From: Kiritimatiellia bacterium
Lineage (GTDB): Bacteria > Verrucomicrobiota > Kiritimatiellia > JAAZAB01
DNA: 64,000 bases
Direction: 5' to 3'
NCBI GenBank assembly: GCA_040767085.1
Contig: JAXGPF010000003.1
Coordinates: 160,001 to 224,000, forward strand
Position 1 is the stretch's first letter; the number at the start of each line of letters is the position of its first letter. Below, in pieces: positions 30,709-41,900 of the stretch. The notes under the pieces were generated by a model. That model had not been told where the DNA came from. It ran no database searches and worked only from the letters and a program-made list of their open reading frames with translations. The translations under genes and the position numbers were made by a program.

Positions 30709-32367
30709 ATGGCGCTGGAAATGAAACTTACATCCCGCTGGTGGTACGCGCGCTTCCTGGTGAACGGCAAGTTGCGGCGCTTTCCCCTGATGGAACGGCG
30801 CGGCGGGCAAGAACAGCGGGTTGAAATCAAAGGCCGCCGGCCGGCCAGCCTGAAGCATCCCGAGCAAGGCGATGCGGCCTTCCTCGAATCGTATCACCGC
30901 GCGCGCGCCGCGCATGACCGGCTGTCCGAGGAAGAACTGACGCGCCACTCTGTCGAAGACCTGGCGCAACGGATTGTCGAGGCGAAGACCGGCACGCGGC
31001 TTGATTTTGTGAAGGTTGAATCGGTTCCGGATGCCTGGGCATCCCTACCACGTAAACGCCCGCCTTCACCGCAATATCTTGAGACCGGCAAATCCAAATT
31101 GCGGTGCTTTACCACCTTTATGCGGAAAAACTATCCCGCGGTGGAAGACCTGGCCGCTATCCGCACGGAGCATGTCCGCACATTCCTGGACACGGAATCC
31201 GCGCGCGGCGTTGCGCCGCGCACCTGGAACATTACGCTAAAACTGCTCAAAACCGTCTTCGCAAAGTTGGAGCCGAATGCGGACGCATACCGTACTTTCC
31301 TGAAGAATGCGGCCTTCAAGGACGAAGACACCATACACCGGGAGCCGTTCAACGACGAGGAACTGGACGCAATCCTTGTTGCGACGCGTGAGGATGAGAT
31401 TCTGCGCGGACCGCTGGTGACCGCACTCTGCACGGCCATGCGGCGTGGAGATTGCTGTTGCTTGAAATGGGAGAGCGTGGACCTTGGCGCGGGCTTCATC
31501 GAAGTCTGCACCAGCAAGACCGGCGAGACGGCGGAAATCCCCATCCTGCCGTTACTGCGCCAGGAGCTTTTAACTCTGTCGCAGACCGGCGGCGAATATG
31601 TGTTTCCCAAGGCCGCAGCATTGTACCAGACCGATCCGCGTGCCGTTGACCGGCGCCTGCAGGTAATTCTGGCCCGGGCCGGGTTCGTGGATGTCCCGGC
31701 GCCGCCGGCCACCGGAAACGCGGGCGGCAAAAATCCGGAACCAAAACCGCCGATCCCGGAAATCCCACGGGACGAACTTCGCCAACGTGGACTGGACGCG
31801 ATTACCGCCACGGACATGCTTGAGGCAAAACGCCAGCGAATGAAAGTTGTTTTCACGGCCTATTTGGACGGAAAAAGCCTGCCGGCAATTGCCCGTGAAT
31901 TTGGTTTAAGCAAGAGCACCGTATCGCTGCACCTGCATGAGATTGAAGATATGCTCGGCCTGGCCGTCTTCCGCCGTCCAGCGCCGCCGGCGATCCCCGC
32001 CGTGACACGGGGCTTGCTGCATTCAAAGAAATGTGGCGGGCAGCGGTTGAAGCGAGGGAGTGTGCGCGGCTGGCATTCCTTCCGTGTGACGTTTGTCACC
32101 CGCGCGTTGTCAGCCGGCATGCCGGAAGAAATGGTTCGGCGCGTCACCGGCCACACCGCAGTGGACATAGTGCGGAAGCACTATTTCAAGCCCGGCCGCG
32201 AAGAATTCCGGCGTGAATTCGAGAAAGTCTCGTCCAAACTGCTGATGAACGAGACAAAATCCCGCGACGATCAACTGCGCGAAATCATCCACGGCATGAC
32301 CGCCAATACCTGGCGCCAGGATCAGAAACGCCTGCTGGCGGTTTTGGACGGGAAGGCATCATCGTGA
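30709..32367 (+). CDS. Tyrosine recombinase/integrase with internal HTH insertion
   Basis: TAMRRGD (R), SKTG (K), HSFR, TGH, HY catalytic residues; GKSLPAIAREFGLSKSTVS HTH. Confidence 0.9.
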   Translation: MALEMKLTSRWWYARFLVNGKLRRFPLMERRGGQEQRVEIKGRRPASLKHPEQGDAAFLESYHRARAAHDRLSEEELTRHSVEDLAQRIVEAKTGTRLDFVKVESVPDAWASLPRKRPPSPQYLETGKSKLRCFTTFMRKNYPAVEDLAAIRTEHVRTFLDTESARGVAPRTWNITLKLLKTVFAKLEPNADAYRTFLKNAAFKDEDTIHREPFNDEELDAILVATREDEILRGPLVTALCTAMRRGDCCCLKWESVDLGAGFIEVCTSKTGETAEIPILPLLRQELLTLSQTGGEYVFPKAAALYQTDPRAVDRRLQVILARAGFVDVPAPPATGNAGGKNPEPKPPIPEIPRDELRQRGLDAITATDMLEAKRQRMKVVFTAYLDGKSLPAIAREFGLSKSTVSLHLHEIEDMLGLAVFRRPAPPAIPAVTRGLLHSKKCGGQRLKRGSVRGWHSFRVTFVTRALSAGMPEEMVRRVTGHTAVDIVRKHYFKPGREEFRREFEKVSSKLLMNETKSRDDQLREIIHGMTANTWRQDQKRLLAVLDGKASS

Positions 32368-32510
32368 TTTTAGAAGATGATTATGGATAGGGCTCCGGCC
32401 TTTTGTCTGGTCTTTGTAGGCATGTTGTGATAACATTTTTTTACCGGGTTTCGGGGCGTCGGCCGGCGTGAAAGTTCCTGATTTCGCCGGTGAGAGTGTT
32501 CCTCGCCGGT

Positions 32511-32756
32511 TCATTCATCTTTCTGGGATCGGAAGCTTTTGCCCTCGATGGTGACGGTCTCGCAGTGATGGACGAGTCGGTCGAGGATGGCGGTGGTGAG
32601 CATGGTGTCATTGTTGAAGATGCGCGGCCAGTGCTTGTAGGCCATGTTGGTCATGAGGATGATCGCGCTGCGCTCGTAGCGGGCGCTGATGACTTGGAAG
32701 AGCAGGTCCGCCCCTCGCTTGTCCATGGGAATGGAGCCCAGTTTAGTCAACGACAA
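32511..32756 (-). pseudogene. istB: IS21 family IstB helper ATPase, C-terminal remnant
   Basis: LLFQVISARYE, TN...W..IF, AILDRLVHH...IEGKSFR; Walker A half is missing. Confidence 0.85.
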
Positions 32757-33038
32757 TTACTTTTTCCGCATGGGCAAGGGGCTTTATGCATGCTATTTCG
32801 TGGCCAAGGGGAATCCGCAGAGATGCTGTCTTTCCCTTGTAGGATGAACCTGTTGCTTAATATTTAAATAAATACTGACTGACCCCAATTGCCCCTCTAA
32901 GGATATTCATTGAGGATATTCCCTTGTCTTTACAGTCATTGATTGTTACATTTCTAAATATCTTGCGAGCAATGATCAGCGGACATCCTGACGCGCGCTA
33001 AAAATGGAGATTGTCTATGTGTCGAGAGGCAAAACCGA

Positions 33039-36000
33039 ATGGCGGTTGACCCATCCAGATTGCCGATCGGGCAGAAGGTACTGTTGCCGGGACATTTTGA
33101 CCAGGCGGTGACACTGGAAGGCGTTCGCCCTCTCGGGAATAGTTTCGAGTGCCGTGTCCGGTTGGCGTCCGGTGCGCTCGACGAGACCGTGATTTCACAG
33201 AAAGAAGCCAATGCCCTCGCCGACGAGACTGGTGGTGACGCAACGACGACTACGCCGGCCGCCGCCGAACAAGTCCGGTTGCTGATAGAGTCAACCCGTA
33301 TCCGTCTGGCCTACACCCACGACCCGCATTTCGCCGTCAGCCTCTCGGGCATCCGTACGCTGCCGCACCAGATCGAGGCCGTTTACATGAAGATGCTACC
33401 GCAACCCCGTTTGCGGTTCCTTTTGGCCGACGACCCCGGCGCGGGCAAGACGATCATGGCGGGACTGCTCATCAAGGAACTGAAACTTCGCGAGGCGATT
33501 GACCGCGTTCTCATCCTGTGCCCATCGCCATTGACTATTCAGTGGCAGGATGAAATGCAGCGGTGGTTCGGCGAAGAGTTCAGCATCATATTCTATGCTG
33601 TGGACCAGCAACAACTGACGAATCCCTGGCAACGCAGCAACCAGGTTGTCGCTTCGATTGACTATGCCAAGCAGGAGGACGTGCGGGAGCGCGTCTGGCA
33701 ACAGCGGTGGGACCTCATCATCATTGATGAAGCCCACAAGTGCAGCGCCTACACTAAGAAGTCCTCGACCCGTGGCGACGAGGCGGAGAAGACCAAGCGC
33801 TACCAATTGGCCGAAAAACTGACGGCCCAGGCCGACCATGTTGTTTTGCTGACGGCGACACCCCATCACGGCGACGATGACCGTTTTGCGCATTTCATTC
33901 GCCTGCTGGACCCGGACCTTTTCCCAGAACCGCATCGCCTGGCCGAAAAGGCAGGCGAGATTCGCCGCGACATTCTCAAACTCGGCCCGGACTGCCCCTG
34001 GGCGCTGCGGCGCCTGAAGGAAGATTTGAAGGACATGGAGGGGCGACGCCTCTTCCCCGACCGTTATGCCCATACCGTGACGTTCCGTCTCAACCGTGAG
34101 GAATACGACCTCTATAAGGCGGTCACGGCGTACATCAACGAGTTTCTGCCGCAGGCCAGCGGCAGCAAAAAGCAGAGCGTTGCCCTCGCCCGGACAGTCT
34201 TCCAGCGCCGGCTGGCCAGTTCGACGATGGCGATCTACCAGTCATTGAACCGCCGCTTGGGCAAACAGAAAGACCTGCTCCAGGAACTGGAGTCCCTGTC
34301 CCCGTCCCAGCGCGCCAAACGGCTGGCGCAACTGCAAGGCCGCCTGAGTGACAGCGAACAGGAAGAAGACGACCTCGACGACTCGCAGCGGGACTTGCTC
34401 GTTGACGAAACCACATCCGCTCTTGAACTGGATCAACTCCGAGCCGAAATCGCCGCCCTTGGAGAGATCACTGCGCGCGCAAGTCGTCTCAAGGACAAAG
34501 GCCCGGACGCCGATTCCAAACTGGCCGCCCTACAGGCGTGCCTCAAGAAGGCCGAGTTCCACGAACTCAAAGACGGACGCGGGAAATTGCTCCTTTTCAC
34601 AGAACACCGCGACACGATGACATACATCCGCGACCATCTGGACCGGTGGGGATATTCGACGTGCGAGATACACGGCGGTATGAATCCCCACGAGCGCAAG
34701 CGGGCGCAGGAGGACTTCCGGGTTTCACGGCAGATTTGCGTTGCCACCGAGGCCGCCGGCGAAGGTATCAACCTCCAGTTCTGTCATTTGATGATCAACT
34801 ACGACCTGCCCTGGAACCCGACCCGCCTGGAACAACGACTTGGCCGCATCCATCGTATCGGGCAGGATCGCGAGTGCCACGCCTACAACTTCGTTGCCGC
34901 CGAGTCCGTAGAGGGTCAACCGATCATCGAAGGCCGCATCCTTCAACGGCTCTTGGAAAAACTGGAGCAGATGCGAGTTGTGCTTGCTGATCGTGTCTTT
35001 GACGTTGTAGGCGAAGTGCTTTCGCTGAACGACGTAAACCTGCCCGAGATGCTGCGCGAGGCGGCCCACGATCCGCGCCGCCTCGACGAATACCTCGACA
35101 TCATCGAGAAGGTGGACCCCTCGCGCCTGCTGCGCTACGAGCAAGCGACCGGCATCGCCTTGGCCCGCGCCAACGTGGACTTCTCCGGCTTCCAAAAGGC
35201 GAACGTTGAGGCCGAGGAACGCCGCCTCATGCCGCGCTACGTGGAAGACCAGTTCGTCAAATCCGCCAAGGAAGTCGGACTCAAGGTCGAGCCCCGTGCC
35301 GACGGCCTCTGGCGGGTGGAACACGTCCTCGCCGACCTGCGGTCCGAGCGGCTGGACGCCGTCCGACGCATGGGCAAACCCGAGCCGACCTACCGCAAAC
35401 TCACCTTCCACAAGGGCCATCTGGAGCAGGACCAGCACGTTGACGCCGTCCTTCTTGGCCCCGGCCACGCCCTCTATGCCGCCGTAGACGAGAAACTCAA
35501 TGAACGTCTAGCTGCCCTCACCGGCGCAACCGCCATCTTTGTCGAGGCGGCTGCGGAAACCCCGTATCTGCTCCACTTCTTTGAACTCTCCGTCCGCGGC
35601 CAGAACACCAAAGGCGACTCCCAGGCGCTCTATGGCGAACTGGTTGCCGTCCGGGAAGAGACGGCCGGCGACGCCCCCGAGAAGTTCAGCGTGGTACCCG
35701 CCGACATCTTGCTGGACCTCCCGGTCCATCCCGCGCCGCCGGCCAGCGTGCGGCGATTCGACGCCGCCGGCGCGGCCGACTTCCTCAAGGCCACCTACCA
35801 GACCGAGCGGCGCGAGACCTGCCAGAAAGAGCGCCAACGCTTCGTCGCCGTCTGCCGGGACTACCTCGAACAATCCTTCACCGCCCGTATCCGCGCCGCG
35901 CAGAACCGCGTCATGGCCCTACGTGCCCGCGAAGCCGCGGCCCCAGAAATCGCCATTGCGCGTCAGCGTGCCGAGAACGACCTTGCCGATCTACAGCGGA

Positions 36001-36587
36001 CCAGACAGGAACGGCTCGACGGCCTGAAACGGCTGGAAGTGGCCCGACATGGCCCCTTGCGCCATTTGGCGACCGCCATCGTGCTTCCTGCCGCCGACGT
36101 GCCCGCAGACACGGAGGCGAAGACAGCGCTTCTCGACGATCTGGACCCCGAGACCAAGCGCAAAATCGAGCTGGCCGCCGAAGATGTAGTCATCGCCTAC
36201 GAGACCGGACGCGGATGGGAAACCGAGCGCGTGGGCCATCTCAAGATCGGCTTTGACATCCGCAGCCTCGGTCCAGCCGATGCGCAGACAGGTTACCGCG
36301 ATCCGGTCCACGGCGTCCGCCGCATCGAAGTCAAAGGCAGGAAGAAGGGGCAACCAATCCGGCTGACCACGAATGAATGGTACAAGGCCCAGCAACTCGG
36401 CGATTCCTTCTGGCTCTACGTCGTCTGGAATCCGCTACAGAACCCCGGCCCCGTGCCGGTCATGATCCAGAATCCGGCCAAGGTCCTGGAGCACGTCGCG
36501 AAGCCGGTGGTTTCGGCGAGGTTCTATGATGTTCCAGCATCTGCCATCGTCTCAGTAGGCACGAAACTCAGAGAGAGGGAAACATGA
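33039..36587 (+). CDS. SNF2-family helicase with C-terminal DUF3883 PD-(D/E)xK nuclease-like domain
   Basis: LLADDPGAGKT, IIDEAH, LTATPH, EGINLQ, EQRLGRIHRIGQ; GFDIRS..IEVKG..LTTNEW. Confidence 0.9.
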   Translation: MAVDPSRLPIGQKVLLPGHFDQAVTLEGVRPLGNSFECRVRLASGALDETVISQKEANALADETGGDATTTTPAAAEQVRLLIESTRIRLAYTHDPHFAVSLSGIRTLPHQIEAVYMKMLPQPRLRFLLADDPGAGKTIMAGLLIKELKLREAIDRVLILCPSPLTIQWQDEMQRWFGEEFSIIFYAVDQQQLTNPWQRSNQVVASIDYAKQEDVRERVWQQRWDLIIIDEAHKCSAYTKKSSTRGDEAEKTKRYQLAEKLTAQADHVVLLTATPHHGDDDRFAHFIRLLDPDLFPEPHRLAEKAGEIRRDILKLGPDCPWALRRLKEDLKDMEGRRLFPDRYAHTVTFRLNREEYDLYKAVTAYINEFLPQASGSKKQSVALARTVFQRRLASSTMAIYQSLNRRLGKQKDLLQELESLSPSQRAKRLAQLQGRLSDSEQEEDDLDDSQRDLLVDETTSALELDQLRAEIAALGEITARASRLKDKGPDADSKLAALQACLKKAEFHELKDGRGKLLLFTEHRDTMTYIRDHLDRWGYSTCEIHGGMNPHERKRAQEDFRVSRQICVATEAAGEGINLQFCHLMINYDLPWNPTRLEQRLGRIHRIGQDRECHAYNFVAAESVEGQPIIEGRILQRLLEKLEQMRVVLADRVFDVVGEVLSLNDVNLPEMLREAAHDPRRLDEYLDIIEKVDPSRLLRYEQATGIALARANVDFSGFQKANVEAEERRLMPRYVEDQFVKSAKEVGLKVEPRADGLWRVEHVLADLRSERLDAVRRMGKPEPTYRKLTFHKGHLEQDQHVDAVLLGPGHALYAAVDEKLNERLAALTGATAIFVEAAAETPYLLHFFELSVRGQNTKGDSQALYGELVAVREETAGDAPEKFSVVPADILLDLPVHPAPPASVRRFDAAGAADFLKATYQTERRETCQKERQRFVAVCRDYLEQSFTARIRAAQNRVMALRAREAAAPEIAIARQRAENDLADLQRTRQERLDGLKRLEVARHGPLRHLATAIVLPAADVPADTEAKTALLDDLDPETKRKIELAAEDVVIAYETGRGWETERVGHLKIGFDIRSLGPADAQTGYRDPVHGVRRIEVKGRKKGQPIRLTTNEWYKAQQLGDSFWLYVVWNPLQNPGPVPVMIQNPAKVLEHVAKPVVSARFYDVPASAIVSVGTKLRERET

Positions 36588-38902
36588 ATCTGTCAGTCAT
36601 TGAGAGAATGGCACGTGAAGGAGATCTGAGTATTGATGCTGCAACGTACTTGCTCAACTGTCGTGGCGAATGTGAATGGCTGGACTACAAGCAACTACTC
36701 ACGCTGGAACATGACAAGCAGCTTTGTGACTTTGCCAAGGATGCATTGGCCATAAAGAATGTTGGAGGTGGATATATCCTCATCGGAATTGAAGACAAAA
36801 CGTGGAAGCCTGTCGGATTGACGGAACATCTCCCATATGACAGCAAGATGCTACGGGATCAGATACGTCGCGCCGCTGGGATCGAGCTCAGTGTTGATGT
36901 TGTTGCGCACCACATCAGGATTGCAGGTTCCACTGGACACTTCGCACTGATTCTTGTCCGTTCCAGTCGGAAGAGAACCAAGAGGCGGTCACCCACTGTT
37001 GTCAGCAAGGATTTTTGCGCATCGACTGGTTTTGGGCTGCGTCGTGGCGAGATCTACGTTCGCAAAGGTGACTCTACGGTGAAGGTTTCCTCTCAAGCAG
37101 AGTTGGAAGACCTGCTCGACGCGCTTGAGGCGCAAGCCGACGAAGTCGCATTGACTGGCTCGGGAGCATCTTCGCCGTTTGCAGTAGAAGATGGACTGTA
37201 TCGCCTCCTGGAGAAGGGGTTTGATCAGTTCGTCGGCCGTGAGAACCAGAGGCAGGAATTGCTGGAGGCCGTTACACGGGATCCGCGTATCTGGATCATC
37301 AATGTACACGGGCCGGGAGGAGTGGGAAAATCGGCTCTCGTTAACTGGGCTGTCTACGAGTTCTATGCTCGACGCACATTTGAGTGCATCGTCCAACTCA
37401 CAGCCAAGGAGACTGTTCTGACTCCGCAAGGTATCGTGCGCTATGGGCGCTCGCTGTACTCGCTGGAGAACCTATTGGATCACATCTTGATGACCTTTGG
37501 GGAAGATGTCCCTCTTGAGCTTGAAAAGAAACGCTCTCTCGCGAGAGAGATTCTTTCGGCATGGAGTACCTTACTTGTCCTTGACAACATGGAAACCGTG
37601 CAGGACTCCCGTATTGTGAGTTTCATCCAAGAACTTCCTGTTGACACGCGAGCCAAAGTGCTCATGACCAGCCGCGAAAAAAGCGGCGCATGGGAACTTC
37701 CGCTTTACGTTCATGAACTAACCTACGACGAGGTACGGGAGTTCATGAAGGTGCGCGTGGACGAACTCGGGATGGACTGTCCCACCGATGAGAAGACGGC
37801 CAAGCAGGTCCGCGACGCCAGCGGAGGTCTGCCGCTTGCAATTCAATGGATTCTCGGTCGCTACCGGGCCACGGGCAGTCTGGGTGCGGTGCTTCAGGCT
37901 GTCGGTGCAAAGGATTCACCCGTTCTTGAGTTCAGTTTCCGAAATATTTGGCAAGTTCTCTCACCGGACGGCAAGGCGGTACTTGCCATCATGACGATAT
38001 TCGACGACCCGCCAACCGTGCAGCAGATCTCCGTGGCTACAGGCTTCGCTGTTGACCGGGTTGAAACGGCCTGTGCTGAAATTTCTGATGTCACTTTGGT
38101 GGATCGGCGGATAGGTCGTGAGGACGGTATCGCCAGACACATCGCGCTTCCTATCACACTGTCGTTTGCCCGCCACCAACTTAGCGATATGGGGGACTTC
38201 GAGGTCATGGCGAGAAGACGCTTCATGCAGTTTTCGGAGCAGATGGAATTGCAGGAATCCGAACTGCACCGCTTTCGCAACAGATTTGAGACCTACGGGC
38301 TGGCCACCGACAATGAGAAGCGTGCGGCGATCCTGTGCCAACGCGGGGAATCAGAGGTGTTTGCAGGAAACGTCGATGCTGCCGATTCGCTTTTCAAGCA
38401 GGCACGCGAATTGGCTCCACAGTGCGCCTACGTGCATGCCATGAGCGCGAGTAACGACCTAAACAGAAACAGGATTGGAGCGGCGCTCGATCACATTGAA
38501 GAGGCGTGCCGGAGAGCGACAAGGGCCACCGGGGCGCTTTGCTTCACAATCAAGGCTCGCATCATGGATGCCCAACGGGATCGATACGGACGTGTCGATG
38601 CCCTATCCAAAGCGCTTGAGTACTCGGACGATCGGATTACAAGGCACCAATATGGCGTGGCTTTGAGTAGAGCCGGATGCACGGAGGAAGCGGTGAAGCA
38701 GTTCACGCTTATCATCGACGCTGAAAAGGGCAATACGCCCCCGTCCGATACATTGCTGATGGCGTTGCGAACTCGCGTCATCAACCTCAGGAGGCTGAAT
38801 AGACAATCCGAAGCGGCAGAGGATTTGGCGTTCGGCCAGCGACTTCTGGCTGACTATCCACATCTACGTCGCAACATACGATTCGATGACCTGGATGAGT
38901 AG
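36584..38902 (+). CDS. Schlafen/AlbA_2 - NB-ARC (STAND) - TPR protein
   Basis: GECEWLDYK and NVGGGYILIGIED (AlbA_2); GPGGVGKS, LLVLDNME, MTSR, GGLPLAI (NB-ARC); helical TPR-like C-terminus. Confidence 0.82.
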   Translation: MNLSVIERMAREGDLSIDAATYLLNCRGECEWLDYKQLLTLEHDKQLCDFAKDALAIKNVGGGYILIGIEDKTWKPVGLTEHLPYDSKMLRDQIRRAAGIELSVDVVAHHIRIAGSTGHFALILVRSSRKRTKRRSPTVVSKDFCASTGFGLRRGEIYVRKGDSTVKVSSQAELEDLLDALEAQADEVALTGSGASSPFAVEDGLYRLLEKGFDQFVGRENQRQELLEAVTRDPRIWIINVHGPGGVGKSALVNWAVYEFYARRTFECIVQLTAKETVLTPQGIVRYGRSLYSLENLLDHILMTFGEDVPLELEKKRSLAREILSAWSTLLVLDNMETVQDSRIVSFIQELPVDTRAKVLMTSREKSGAWELPLYVHELTYDEVREFMKVRVDELGMDCPTDEKTAKQVRDASGGLPLAIQWILGRYRATGSLGAVLQAVGAKDSPVLEFSFRNIWQVLSPDGKAVLAIMTIFDDPPTVQQISVATGFAVDRVETACAEISDVTLVDRRIGREDGIARHIALPITLSFARHQLSDMGDFEVMARRRFMQFSEQMELQESELHRFRNRFETYGLATDNEKRAAILCQRGESEVFAGNVDAADSLFKQARELAPQCAYVHAMSASNDLNRNRIGAALDHIEEACRRATRATGALCFTIKARIMDAQRDRYGRVDALSKALEYSDDRITRHQYGVALSRAGCTEEAVKQFTLIIDAEKGNTPPSDTLLMALRTRVINLRRLNRQSEAAEDLAFGQRLLADYPHLRRNIRFDDLDE

Positions 38903-38911
38903 CCCACTGCA

Positions 38912-41900
38912 ATGCAAAAGAACAGCGACCGCAGATTAATCGAAGACTACCTGCCCATCGAGGCGATTTCCGCCGAGGCGAGCCGGGAGAAGTCCATCCG
39001 CAAGGGCCACATCTCGACGCTACACCTCTGGTGGGCGCGTATTCCCCTTGTAACCTGCCGCGCAGCCATATACAGCGCACTTGTGCCCGCCTCACGGTTC
39101 GTACCGAACAACGGCGCAGACAACAAGAAGAAGTCTCTGGGACGGGCCAATTCCGCGCGCTTTGTCAAAGGACTCTGCCGGTATCCAAGTGAGACCAAGC
39201 CAGAGGACAAGATTTCCATTGAAAGGGCAATTCAGGAAGCTCAGCGGCATGTCCTTGCCACCCATGCCGAGCGACTCACTGCCGAACTTGCCGACTGGAA
39301 GGCCGGACAGACCGGAAAGCCCGGCTGGGTGGACGAGTTCAAGTGGAAGCCTGCCTGCTGCGACACCGAATGCGGCGCAGGCAGGGGCGAAACCGTCACG
39401 ATCGAGGACATCGTCGCCGGCCGCGCCCCGCGCCCGCGTGTAATGGACATGTTCGCTGGCGGCGGGACGATCCCTTTGGAAGCCTTGCGGCTTGGTTGCG
39501 AAGCCTACGCCAACGACCTGAACCCCGTGGCGCACATCATCCAACTCTGCACACTGGTCTATCCGCAGAAATACGGCAAACCCGACCCGACGGCGCGTGG
39601 CATGACCGGTCCGAAGAACGAGAAGGGCGAGACCACTTGGGGCGGATTGGCGGACGAGGTGCGCTGTTGGGGCGACTGGGTGCTCAACAAAGTCAAGGCG
39701 GAGATCGGTGATCTATACCCGCTGATTCCCGACCCCGACTACAAAGGTAAGAAGCCTGCCCTTCAACCGGACTGGTTCAAGGAACATGACACCGAAGATG
39801 TGCCCGCCGGCTACCTGATGCCCGCCGCGTACTTTTGGACCAGGACCGTCAGATGCAAAAACCCATCCTGTCGGGCGACGGTCCCGCTGGTGAAACAGAC
39901 GTGGCTCTGCAAGAAGGACGGCAAGTACATCGCCATGCGAATGATCGCTCCGAAGGGCAAAAAGGAAGTCCGATTCGAGATAGTCGAAACTCCATCGGAA
40001 GCGAGACTGGGTTTCGATCCCACCGCTTTTTCCAAGGCCGGAAACGCTTCTTGCCCGTTCTGCAACACCGTCGCGGACAGCGACTACGTCAAGGTCGAAG
40101 GTTGCGAGAAGCGCATCGGCGAACAACTCATGGCAATCGCGTGTACACGGCCAGGCGCACGGGGAAAGGTCTATCTCTCCCTTGCGGATGCACCAACCGC
40201 TGACATCCACGAAGAGGCCATTGTGCAGCAACTCAAGGCCCTATGTGGCAAGACTGGCCTGACCGTCCCGAATGAACCCATCGTGACGGACGCAAAGAAC
40301 AGTTGCTGGACGCCCCTGTACGGATTCAGCACCTTCGGCGACATCTTCACCCCTCGTCAGAAACTGTGCCTCTTGCACTTCTGTTGCGCCGTGCGTAGCG
40401 CCGAACAGCACATGAAGAAGGATGGCATCTCGCAGGAGCACACACTAGCCATTGCCACGTCTTTGGGCATCTTGGTGGACCGCGTTGCTAGTCAGAGCAA
40501 CACCTGTTGTATCTACCACACAGGGGGAGAGAAGATTGAAAACTCCCTCGGAGCCCGTTCACTCCCGTTGACGTGGGACTTTGTCGAAGCTAATCCCCTG
40601 GGAAACGTCACCGGCAGTGCGGCAAACCAGATTGACTGGATTGTGGCGGTTTATGAGGAATTGCAGAAGGTGCGGAACACGGCGGCTTTGAACCGCGGGT
40701 CAGCGGTGGAACTGCCATATGCTGACGCCAGTATTGACGCAGTGATTACGGACCCGCCGTACTACGACAATGTTCCCTACGCCAATCTCTCGGACTTCTT
40801 CTTCGCGTGGATGAAACGTTCCATCGGCCATCTATATCCTGCGCATTTCGCGGGAACCGCTACGCCGAAAAAGTCAGAGGCAGTGGCGGACGCCACCCGA
40901 CACGGCGGTTCCAAGGATGCGGCACGCAAGGCATACGAGAAGATGATGGCCGCCGCATTCGCGGGCGCACACCGTGCGCTGAAACCCAGCGGCGAAATGG
41001 TCGTGGTCTACGCCCACAAGACGACACTCGGCTGGTCCACGCTCGTTGATGCTCTTCGCGGTTCAGGCTTCACCGTTGTTGAGGCTTGGCCCGTCATTAT
41101 CACCATTTCCGGCGGCAAGGTGAAGGTGGGGAAGGCAATGCTCGCAGACGCCATCTTCCTCGTCGCCCGCAAGCGCGATGCTACTTCCAAGGCTGGGAAC
41201 TACGAGGCGGACGTGGTTCCAGAGCTTGGAAACATCGTCCGCGAGCGGGTGGACACGCTCTGGGATATGGGAATTTCCGGCGCGGACCTCGTGATTGCCT
41301 GTGTCGGCGCGGGACTGCGGGCGTTCACGAAGTACCCCCGCGTCGAGTTCGCCAACGGCGAGGAAGTGCCGGCCGAGCGGTTCCTGATGGAAGTCGAGAC
41401 GGTGGTCCTCGAAGCGATCCTTGGAAAACTCTCGAAGACGGTCGGCGCGAAAGCGGGCCTGCCTGCCGCGTGGTCCGTGGCGCAGGCAGGAGCGACGCTG
41501 TCCGGCCTCGATCCCGCTACGCGTTTCTACGTTCTCTGGCGCTACACCTATGGCGGCGCGGAACTGGACGCCGGGGAGGCGATCATCTTCGCCAACGGCA
41601 CGCACGTCGAACTAGATGGCCCGCATGGGCTTAGCACGGGTGTACGCCGGTTGGTTGAGAAAAAGAAGGGAAAGTACAAATTGCTGGACTTCACAGAGCG
41701 GGGGCAAGACGAAAAGCTTGGAATATCGGAAGAATCACAGGCTGGGAGTCCTACCGTTGACGCCTTGCATCGGATCCTGTGGCTCGTGGCACACAAGCCG
41801 CCGAAGATTCCCGATTTTCTGAACGAGACAAAACCGAACGTCGAGCAACTCCGCCTCGTCGCGCAAGCCCTCGCCGGCCCGGCGCTGAAAGGCGGCGAAT

